Source of the DNA: Trichosphaerium sp. ATCC 40318
Taxonomy: Eukaryota > Protista > Tubulinea
DNA: 64,000 nucleotides
Assembly (NCBI GenBank): GCA_038496445.1
Contig: JALMLS010000329.1
Location: forward strand, 124,001 to 188,000
Direction: 5' to 3'
Positions within the stretch are counted from its first letter, which is position 1. Every line of letters begins with the position of its first letter. Below are positions 47,500-57,607 of this stretch, in pieces. The translations under genes and the position numbers were made by a program. Below the pieces are notes generated by a model, which worked only from the letters and a program-made list of their open reading frames with translations, had not been told where the DNA came from and searched no databases.

Positions 47500-48393
47500 T
47501 CACATGTTATCCACAATAACACAAACGCCTACAATAGCACGTAAACCTTGTGATACTCCATATATAAAATAACATTGATTCTCCCATCTACCAATAGCTA
47601 CACAACCATAATTCTTTAATCCCCATTTCTCTTCATTGAATATATCTTTAAGACCTTCTACTAACTTTGGTGTTTTCTCTTTCCACGCATAATCACCTTC
47701 TTCATCGTCTTCGTCAAGGTATTCTTCCATGTCCTCCAGGGCCCCTTCTATCTTCCTTACAAACGCTTGAGGAGTCATAGCTCGGAGGTTTGCTTCTTCG
47801 TCTACTTTTATCTTCTCAAGCACGTGATGCAAAGCGTTTTCTTCTTTGTCATCTTCCTTCAAAACTATATAAAATTCATCAAACTCTGGCTCCATATTTG
47901 CCGTCCTGTTTGGATAACGTAACCCTTTGATCCTCTTCTCAAACATTTTACCGATTGCTCTGTTTCTACAGCTCTCATACCAATAACAAGGGTTTCCTCC
48001 ATCGCTTGGTGCCCATGCAGGCTCGTCCGTAGGTCCTTTACCTTTAGACTTGCTTTGTGGCTCGTCTCCACTTTCTACAGTGTACTCTCCTGTTGGTACG
48101 ACAGAAAAAGATCCTGAAACGTCTCCATAAGCTTCATTGTCCTCTAGGTATTCCCATACACCGCATTGACTGTTGAAGAAGTGAGTTTCGTACATTTGGC
48201 GCCAATAAGACTTTGTAGAAATAATAATGGAGCGTAAATCCTTAGAAACACATAAATATGTACGCAGTGATGTGTAGACGCTATTGTAACCGAAAATAGA
48301 GAGAATAATCTCTGGTGGGAGAGTAGAGCTTGTTGAGGTGTTTGACGCTTCCAGTTGTTTAGATTTCGCGGGTTTTGGTGCGTTACTTGACAT
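47500..48393 (-). CDS. Intronless F-box protein with acidic C-terminal domain (possibly nuclease A inhibitor, NuiA-like)
   Basis: TLPPEIILSIFGY...YLCVSKDLRSII...YWRQMY is an F-box. The C-terminus IKGLRYP...AIGRWENQCYFIYGVSQGLRAIVGVCVIVD resembles NuiA by eye. ATG at 48393. Confidence 0.7.
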   Translation of the reverse strand: MSSNAPKPAKSKQLEASNTSTSSTLPPEIILSIFGYNSVYTSLRTYLCVSKDLRSIIISTKSYWRQMYETHFFNSQCGVWEYLEDNEAYGDVSGSFSVVPTGEYTVESGDEPQSKSKGKGPTDEPAWAPSDGGNPCYWYESCRNRAIGKMFEKRIKGLRYPNRTANMEPEFDEFYIVLKEDDKEENALHHVLEKIKVDEEANLRAMTPQAFVRKIEGALEDMEEYLDEDDEEGDYAWKEKTPKLVEGLKDIFNEEKWGLKNYGCVAIGRWENQCYFIYGVSQGLRAIVGVCVIVDNM

Positions 48394-48869
48394 TTGCGGT
48401 GATTTTAAACAAGTAACGTCAGGTCGTTTATTCTTCTTCGAAAAACAGTTTAAGTGTGTCACAGATTCATGAATAGTTTTTCTGAATTGAAATTCAATTG
48501 TTTTTTTTTTTGGGATAATTAACACGTGACTAATCTTTCGAATTAAAATCCAAGCCGTGATGGTTCAAATAAACCTGTTGTACCCTAAGGAATTATTTAA
48601 GACCTTGTTCAGTGCAAGTTGTCATTGCAAGACATCCGTGATATTGCTTAATCATACAATACAATAGCTACATTACATACTTTACGTTTGATAGCCATAC
48701 TGTTGGTTCTACTGTGGGGCGAAATGAGGCTAAGTTTGATGTCTCTTTCTTGTAAAACAATTACCTCAGTTGTGTTCTGTCACGCGAATATTCAGATCTA
48801 GATAGAATTGAAACGACTGGAATAAAATCATGCTCATCTTATTCATGGAATAATTGTTACAACGTTTTC

Positions 48870-49127
48870 AGTATGGCTTTACAATTGTAAACATTGGATT
48901 AATACTAATAGTATGAAGACCTTCAAGTACAAGCAGTTCAACGCCTTGTTCTGTAACGAGAGTGTTCCAAGGAAATTGTATGAATACCTCCCAATGTTTT
49001 GATTCCCTCATCTATCACAAAACTTTTCATGTTTTTCTGTATAATGTAGAATATCTGCAATAATTTCTATAGGAAGGTACAGAATAGTAGGACAAGATTC
49101 TTTAGTTGTAGCTGTAGTTAATAACAT
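48870..49127 (-). pseudogene. F-box-LRR relic with internal deletion and frameshifts
   Basis: MLLTTATTKESCPTILYLPIEIIADILHYT then a stop; shifted frames give IKTLGGIHTISLE and VTEQGVELLVLEGLHTISI. Confidence 0.75.
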
Positions 49128-49296
49128 TAGAGTCACATGTTTTTACAAAAGTCAAAACATTGTACTATAAGAGTCCGAATGGTTGTTACGATAGTATAGC
49201 AAAGGAACTCATTGATAAGATGTCAGATCTGACAAATGTGGTTTAATTTGTCAACAAAGTTAAAATAGATCATGTCTGTAATTGTTGTTATAGTTT

Positions 49297-49920
49297 TAGA
49301 GATGGCAGAAATACCAGTCTGAACCGGTTCCGGACCGAAACGCAAAAGATCGGTCCGTAAACGGTCCAAACGGTCCCCTGTCAAAGGGAGTAAGTACCCT
49401 TGGAAAATCGGAAAAATAGCCGAAAAAGGAATTTTTGTCAAAGGGTACTCCCTTGGATTTTTATCGGTCCAAACGGTCCCGCTGTCACAAAATCTCAGAG
49501 TCCTCCATCCATTGACCTACTCACTGTGTGCATGCACATAAGGTGGCTATACACTTTTGTGGCACGTTTGAATATCCCACCTTTTTTTTTTTTCATACAC
49601 CCAAAATAGTAAAGATACTATTATTTCGCGTAAGTAATGCACTTGATATGTTTCTCTATGCGCACAAAGTGATAAAAATAGGTTTGGGTGAAAGTGTATG
49701 AAAGTACCGCTAAACGTAATTTGGTTAAAAATGGCTGATAGAGGGCTTTCAACCACTCTGTGCATAGAATTTTAAGAAAGTAGCTGGTGGTTCAAAAAGA
49801 CTACAAACTTTGATGTTCACTGAATAAATACTGGTCTTGTTCTAAATCGCGGACCGGTTACGGACCGAAAACCGATATCTTGAAACCGGATCGGTATCGG
49901 ACCGGTATTTGCCACCTCTA
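49297..49920. mobile_element. hAT-superfamily non-autonomous element (624 bp)
   Basis: TIRs TAGAGATGGCAgAAATACC / GGTATTTGCCACCTCTA; perfect 8-bp TSD TATAGTTT (49289-49296 and 49921-49928); subterminal AAACGGTCC/GGACCG repeats. Confidence 0.92.
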
Positions 49921-50049
49921 TATAGTTTACAGAAACTAATTGTAAGAAGTTCACGTCAAAGTACTTTCGCGCACCAAGGACTAAAGCTGTGTCCATATTC
50001 TCAACAGAAAACGTTTCATTTTTTTCTTTGCAAGCCTCAATCCTCTTAT

Positions 50050-51955
50050 ACCATTTCTGTCACATGTACGTCTAATGCGGCCTGAAAGTGGGTATGTACT
50101 AACCGTGGGAAGTGGGTGCATGGAACTCAGCGTTTGAAAGTTTGTCTTGTGATACTGACGTTTTAAAGCTGGTTGGCACTTCGCACACGTGCGAGTATAG
50201 CCAGTGTAACGTCTGAAGCGTGTTGTCGTATGTTTTAAATACACAATGAAGATGCGGGCTCCGGCCAAAGGAGTCGTCATGAAAAATCACAAAAAAAAAA
50301 AAATTGTCACAAATTTATTAGGAGGTTATTTTCCTGTCCCTGTGAGAAGCAATTCCGTTGCAATTTCTTGTAAAAAACCTTTGGGAGTAAGGGCTCCGTT
50401 TTGACACTTATACAGAATAAAAGCAGTTGTGAGGGTGTAGTAAAACCAACCAACAAGAAGTGTCATGTTCCATTTTTTGAACCGCCTATCTGTACAATAG
50501 GACTTGACCAGCTGGCCAAATTGATCACTATTTCCCTTGGTGTGATCATTTTTATTTTTGAACATACCTTTTATTGCTACTGTCAAATGAACTTTTGTCA
50601 TCATGCACACAGTAGAGAGTGGTGGCCAACTTTACGATTTCATTGTTATTTGTTGCAACGGCAACAGTTTTGTCCAATGGTGCCAATCTTGTGTATCCCA
50701 CAGGCACTTTTTTTGCAAGTGATAGCTTCAAGGCCACTGACAGTGGTTGGTATTACATGATGAAGTAGCGTCTAAGTCAAATTCCCCCGGCTTGTTGAGA
50801 TCCATGGCTGAACAAAAATTAGAGTCACATGTAAAAAAAATGGCACCTTCCAATTGTTTTCGACCATTTTGCACATGAAAGAAGGATTCATTTGGTGTGA
50901 GATGAGGCTATATCAAAGCATTGATAAAGTCAATCAGATGCCTAGTTCGAATCATCGAGACACTTCAATTCTATGGCCCATGCGTATGGTTTCCTAGTGT
51001 TGTGAGTTTTGATATGGCAATTGAAATATTATGATGGAATACAGATTTCATCAGCACAAGTGAAATAACCTGGTACCATGTGGCGCTTAAAGACAATCAC
51101 TAGAAATGAATGTACCCTGCTAGCATCAAATTTCATGTTGGCAGAGATGTTGAAGTAGTGATTAAGTTGCAACAAACCTGTTTTCCCAGTAAATAAAATT
51201 TATGCTTCACCTGTGCTCCACAATGTGTGAATATTCTGTATTCCAATAATCCCATGCCATATCACTATGCCAGAGAAGTTCGTCATATGGGTAGTGATCC
51301 CATTTTTTAGGTCAGTGTGATGTTGTTCATATGTGCTTGTGAGTAACAAGTTTTCAAAAATCTTATTATGCCACTTGAAGGTGAAAAATGCCATTGGTGT
51401 CTTGGCTTTTCCAATACCAATAATGTTACGTTGCTTTTAAAGTTTAGTCCAAACGTCTAACACGGGATAGTCAACATAGGTAAATCCGTAAGGCTTCAAT
51501 GCTGCTGTCAAAATCGGAGCCCAAAGAAATATTAGTTGCCAGTATCGCAGATGTTATGAAGTACATACCGTATGGATTCTCTGTTTGACCGTTTCAACAC
51601 GCGCTCCTTTGGGCGTTTGTCATAATACTTGGAAAAACCACGGCGTTGTTGCGACATTGGGGAGTTACGTATTCTTTATTGTGAAATCCACAATTTTTGG
51701 GTTTACAAAAGTTGACTTTTTTGATGACGACTCGATGGGCCGGGCAATTGTACTTTTATGGCAATCCTTCCGCTTTGTCACCAACTCATTGCCAATGGCG
51801 CTTACGTAGCTCTGCCAGACAATAGCGGATGCTGTTAAGCGTTTTGACGGTTGTAAAGTATTACAATCGTCAAATGGCCTAAAACGGTCATATTTAGTAT
51901 AGTCGCAGTGCGAGTTCATTGTTGAAGTGAGAGAGTTAAGAAACATTACATCCAA
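50050..51955 (-). mobile_element. Decayed piggyBac-like (DDE_Tnp_1_7) transposase with introns
   Basis: VPGYFTCADEICIPS*YFNCHIKTHNTRKPYAWAIELKCL; KGNSDQFGQLVKSYCTDRRFKKW...AFILYK...FLQEIATELL; Cys-rich tail RTCAKC. In-frame stops present; no TIRs found. Confidence 0.75.
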
Positions 51956-52036
51956 ACTGTGAATTTAGTTTGGCTTAACGACTTCATTGTTAAACGCTAC
52001 TAATAGCATAGAACACTTTTCCGCATACTCTTAAAC

Positions 52037-53630
52037 ATGTTTCGGCCTGTTATACGGCGTGTTGCGCACAATGCGATAATGAGGGCTCGCGCTCGCCTTG
52101 GGCTGCGTGGATACAGCTACGAAGAGGAAGAGCTTGCCAAACGACTTCGTGTTGATCATAGCAAATTGACACGCGAAGAAAGACTACTCTATGAGTCTGA
52201 TGGCTACGTACCAAAGAGATTGTCGCCGTTTTGGGTACTATAAACGTAAATCGCGTTTTATTACTTAATATTACCGTAGACTCGCGTCAAGAACACTCTC
52301 AGGTATAGTCTAATTGGCTATTCGTTCCTTGGCTACCTTTGGTTCAAAATATACAGCAAGGAGTACGAAGACCCAGAAGCTAACCGTACGCATGACTTAA
52401 AGCCATTGGGCACTGGTACGTACACTTCAATGTCAATTTTATTACATTCTGCCACTTTTTATTTAAAACGCTTGTCATGACACATTCGTAGGTCTTTGGT
52501 TCTATAGACGCCTGTAAGTTCACCAACGAATACTTATTTTTTGAAAAACGATGGAAAATGATGGGTTTTTTTTTGGAGTGTTTAATTCTTAACGTGCTTA
52601 GGTATCAATCTCTTTTCTTGATTCCACATGTTACAGCATCTAATATGTTTGTATGTGTTGTGGACGAAGAGTCAGGTATGTAAAATAGTCGCGTGCCTAT
52701 ATTTTCGCATGTTACGAAAAAATTATACAAATTCTCCTTTGTTCACGTTTTTTGCGGTTTTTTTGATTATTGTGTACTTTTGTTGTTTCTTATGTATTTC
52801 TTCAAGATGATGGACCAGGTCTTATGATATATAATCCAACTAGACTTACAAAAGTTGTTATACACGACATCAGGAATTTAAAAAAAAAACTTGGAGATAT
52901 GCCCGTAAAGTACATTTGCTTGCCAAGCAGTAACAGCTATACCTACTACTTGGATGACTACCTCAAAGCATTCCCAGATAGTGTAGGTCTTGTACCAGAA
53001 GGTGCGTTTAATATTTAATATCACGTGATCAATCAGGCGTAAAAAACCAAGAATCAAGTTTTTTCTTGTTTCCTACTTTTTTCTTTCGTTCTATTTTTTT
53101 CCAGATTGTTGATGGTCTCTTTAGGTATGGGCAAAAAATTTAAAAACATAGAATCACCTATCAAGGAGATATCGAAAGAAAGCCCTGATGTACCAGGAGG
53201 TATAGAAGTGCGTAGACTGAAAGGATTCTGGTGGATCGACGAATTGGTTTTCAAACACAAAATGTCAGACACACTTGTTGTCCGTGACTTTGTTCATCAT
53301 GTCTGTCGAGATACTATTATTCTTCGTCACCACGACGCAGTAACAGGGCCTTTAATGGATACATACGCTTGGATGTTCGGTTTCTGGGACAATATCGGAG
53401 TGGACTCGAACTACTGGTGGATTTTAAGGAATAGAAGTCAAGCTGAAGAAAGTATCAAAGATATTTTAACTCTTGACTTTACAGGTGTCGCTATGGCTTT
53501 TGGTGAACCTGTTCCTGCTCTATTATACCCACAAAATATTATGAAAAAGGTAGTGCGACATGGATGGAACCGTCTACTGAACAAAGACTTGGCACCACCC
53601 GAGGAAAAAGCACTAGATAATGCGGCTTAA
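52037..53630 (+). CDS. DUF4336-family (metallo-beta-lactamase-fold) protein with probable mitochondrial presequence, multi-exon
   Basis: MFRPVIRRVAHNAIMRARARLGLRGY presequence; GLMIYNPTRLT...VKYICLPS...YLKAFPDS and DELVFKHKMSDTLVVRD match the DUF4336 pattern. Confidence 0.7.
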
Positions 53631-54269
53631 ATCCCAGAAAAAAAAAAGATGAAAAAAACAACAACCCAAAACAATATTCGAAGAAACTCGCTTGGATATA
53701 CATTTCCCAAAGGCTCACTTTAAACATGTTTTCTTAAAACCTATTAGAGCTCTTTATATACTTCCATGAACACATGAAGTTGTCTATAACGTTATACCAT
53801 TGTAATAACAAATAAAACAAAAAATATGCAATAATCGAAAGGAATTGTACTTCAAAGTTTAACATCTGAAGGGGTAACAGGGTTTCAAGTTGATCTACAT
53901 AAGACATAAATGTACACATAAATTGTGCTCACCATGCTCCAAACCTCACTGAAGTAAACGTTTATTTTACTTTCAAGTCTTAGTATTATAACACGTGTCA
54001 ATACTACCACTTAATGCAACACTTTTGGCTACAAACACCTTCCGCTTGTTTTGCAGCAAGTTAGAATGTTGTGTTTTTTCCTCAGCACCATAGTAATTCA
54101 AGTCAAACGCAGTCGCATAAACTTGATACACAATAACCACTTTGAATTAAAAGTCTCGCTTTATTTCACCACCACACGTTAGTTTTGATCCAGCAAACCT
54201 CAAACAGTCAAATCATTGTACTATAAACTTCATTTAGCTGTACTTTACTAACACGAACATTAAAAATAG

Positions 54270-55231
54270 ATGAATACAAACACCCAGACCAATGCTACAT
54301 ATTACAGCTCCCTCTGGAGATACATTTCGATATTATTGATTTAGACGCCAGCGTTTATTTAAAATGGCCTCTGTTATCTAAGCAAACAGCCATAACAACG
54401 AGATTTGATTCTGAGATGAACAAACATGGGAAATGGCTTCACCATAAACTTTACTCTGACACCTTAGTTCCAATACACTCTGATGACAGTAAACGTGATT
54501 CGACACAAAAAGTACAAAGAGTTTATCGTCAAGCGTGTTGGATGAATGGACGCCTACATGGAGAGTACAAAAGCTGGCACAGTAATGGGAAGCTAGAGGA
54601 AGAGAGCCTTTATGTTAATGGTTTACAAGATGGAGAGTCCAAGAAGTGGTACAGCAATGGACAGTTGTTTACTAAGTGCGTTTACGTTGCTGCTGCGGTC
54701 CAAGGAGAACACAAACAGTGGTATGACAATGGTCAAATAGAACGTCAATCTAATTATGTTAATGGTAAACAACACGGAGAACAACTAATATGGACGTATG
54801 ATGGTAGATTATGGACTAAGTCTTATTTTGCCAACGGTGAACTAGAAGGAGAGTACCAGAGGTATCATAGTCATGGTGGATATATGGAACGTTGTAACTA
54901 TATAAAGGGTAAAAGACAAGGAGATTACAAGAAATGGCATAGGAATAACCAATTGGAACATCAAGTGCAATACGTCAATGGTGAAAGACAAGGAGAGAGC
55001 AAGATGTGGTACGAAGATGGTACAATTTTTTCAATTTGTTACTATGTCAATGATAAGCTCGAAGGAGAGTACCAGAGTTGGCATACCAATGGTAATATAA
55101 TGGAAAAAAGTCATTATGTTAATAATACACGTGATGGAGAATACAAGCTGTGGCAATACAGTAATGGCAAATTGGAACAGCATCTCATTTTTTCAAAAGG
55201 TGCACTTGTTAAAACTCTAAAGTATTATTAA
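54270..55231 (+). CDS. F-box-like + MORN-variant repeat protein; F-box segment out of frame with the first ATG
   Basis: ORF 54416-55231 holds the 24-aa repeats. The same frame extends upstream as ILQLPLEIHFDII...LSKQTA with no ATG; the ATG at 54270 is in another frame. Confidence 0.75.
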
Positions 55232-55475
55232 ATGAGCTTCATAAACATTGTACTTGACACCAAGAGTCTAGTACTACGCTAGGTCCTTTGATACATTAGT
55301 AAGTGAGAAATTCTATAGCTGATAAACTTCATTTTCACGTGTTTATTCTTGTATTAGTTCTCTTACATTAAACCCTTTTGTTATAAAATTATAGTGTTCG
55401 TTGGTTAGCCAATACGGAACTGTAGCATCAATATGGTTTGAGATTAGTTGTATTTTTGTTATCACAATGTGAGCT

Positions 55476-56417
55476 TTAGTATCTTGTATTTATTTCTGTT
55501 GGTACACACCCAATCTCATGAATGGCCTCGTACGATATATATGTCCCTCTAATATCAATAACACATACCCCTTTGAGGTGTTTAATACACTTTTCTGTAA
55601 CCCACGTATTTCTGAGACCAATAGTATGAACACCAGCCAAAGCAATAACACCTTCATCTCGTACATTGGTGAAGTTCAAGTTAATACTATGTACACCAGC
55701 TAGTGCTTTGATACCATCACAAGTCACATTAGTTCTATGTAAACTAATCGTGTGTACCCCTTTGAGCGCTATCACTCCTTCATTGGTCACCTGAGTACCG
55801 GAGAGAATAATAGTATGAACACCTGCCAAGGCTTTGATGCCGACATCGGTAACATATGTCCTTGTAAGCTTAATCGAATGTACACCTTTCAAAGCGCTGA
55901 CACCTCGATCTCCTACAGATGTAGAAGATAAATTGATATCATAAACACCTTTCAGCAGTTCTATTGATGCATCTGTTACAGCTGTACAAGATACATCAAT
56001 CGTATGTACACCAACAAGCTCCTTAACACCATCATCACTAACATCAGTGCATCTAAGATTAATAGTATGTACTCCTCTTAGAGCTTTGATACTACTATCT
56101 TTTACACGTGTACAACTGAGGTCTATAGAATATACACCCTTAAGAGACTGTATAGCTTCAGAAATCTGGTTCTTTGGTACATCGCTTATAATTAATATAT
56201 TTGTATTCTTCAAAATGCCTTTGTGTTTTGGTATTTGTAATGCATCTGAAATGTTTCGTATTGTTATTGTTTCGTATCCTACAATATCGTGGATGATACT
56301 ACAAAGTAACGAGCATGTTTGAGCAGCTTCAAAACGCCATTTGGATGTGTGATGAAGAATTAAGCACAACATCTCCGTAGGGAGCTCTAATAGAGCCGCT
56401 TCGTGTTGTTGCGCCAT
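55476..56417 (-). CDS. Intronless F-box + LRR protein (paralog of 499-1704)
   Basis: LLELPTEMLCLILH...AQTC...HDIVGY, then 21-aa LKGVHTIxLxxTxVTDxGxKA repeats. First ATG at 56417. Confidence 0.85.
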   Translation of the reverse strand: MAQQHEAALLELPTEMLCLILHHTSKWRFEAAQTCSLLCSIIHDIVGYETITIRNISDALQIPKHKGILKNTNILIISDVPKNQISEAIQSLKGVYSIDLSCTRVKDSSIKALRGVHTINLRCTDVSDDGVKELVGVHTIDVSCTAVTDASIELLKGVYDINLSSTSVGDRGVSALKGVHSIKLTRTYVTDVGIKALAGVHTIILSGTQVTNEGVIALKGVHTISLHRTNVTCDGIKALAGVHSINLNFTNVRDEGVIALAGVHTIGLRNTWVTEKCIKHLKGVCVIDIRGTYISYEAIHEIGCVPTEINTRY

Positions 56418-57607
56418 TAAAAACGTGCTAAAGAATGTATTTGGTATCACGTTTATTTAGGTTGTATTATAGTACCTAATATTGTCTTGTTGGTTCTACA
56501 CCTAACTGTACACACGTGACTTTTTATAAATTACTGAATACCATTGACTAGGATTTACCACTAAGTATTGTATGTATCATGCAAGTTAGCAAAACTTTGC
56601 ACCTTTTTGCTGTTTGTGCCTTTTGGTTCTCGTGAATGACAGATCTTGCTATCTTGGGATCTTGTCAGCTCTGCAAAAAACAAAATCCACATATGCAATG
56701 CACTATTATTGCGACACCACGTGTTTGAAATCATCAGTATGTTATTTGGTACATCAGCGAATGTAGTTCTGTTGACATCTCTTATGACCTCTAAGGTCCA
56801 ACACTTGTCTCATATACTCTAAATTATTATTGCGTACACTCAGCGCAAGATACTTTGGAAGCGCTTGAAATTTTCTTTTTTGGTTTTAATGTTGTCTTTA
56901 CTCCTCTCTACGCCTGAATGCCAGCGTTCGCACGTGGTGCTAGTACTTAACATGTAAAAAACCAATATTAATTAGCGCTCGTTTTCATGGCTCCTTGTAG
57001 TGAGTAGTAATGACAGCGCAAATACTGATACGTATTGTCGGATGTGACTTTGACACATTGCTTTTCATCTTGCATTAACGTACATAAGGTCGGCAAGCAA
57101 AGCACGATGTATTGAGATATAGGATGCATTCACATTGCTGTGGTTCCACAAGTTGTTGTCAAAGCTGTCAGTTCTTGCGAGAACTAACAAAAGTTACAAA
57201 CTATGACAGAACTTGCAAGATCTTACAGAGTTCTTGTAAGATCTTACACTTTGATACTTCTGCCAAACTTGAATGATACGGACAATGTCGGTGCCCGTTC
57301 CTACATGTACCTGACTTTATGGATACCTGTTCCCCAATTGGTTTGCACTGTAAAATGGTCCCCCAAAAAAGGGTTTGTTTTACAGTATGTGTGGATTGGC
57401 TGTATGGAATGCGAGTCATAAAATGCCAGAACTCACGCTCATCGAACACTTGGACTAATTATTTTGATTGTACCGAGTTTCTTTGAATCACTGTGAGTGG
57501 TTTCACACTTAAGTTGGTGCATGATTTTTTTAAGCGGATAAACAACTGTTTACAGCTATTTTCCAAACCATCGTGATCACATGGCAACCTTGACGAAAAA
57601 AAACGGG

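Noticed and set aside
499-56417. Whole window as an integrated giant-virus genome
   Set aside because: No viral core genes (capsid, polymerase, packaging ATPase); the virus-like genes are interspersed singly among intron-rich host genes.
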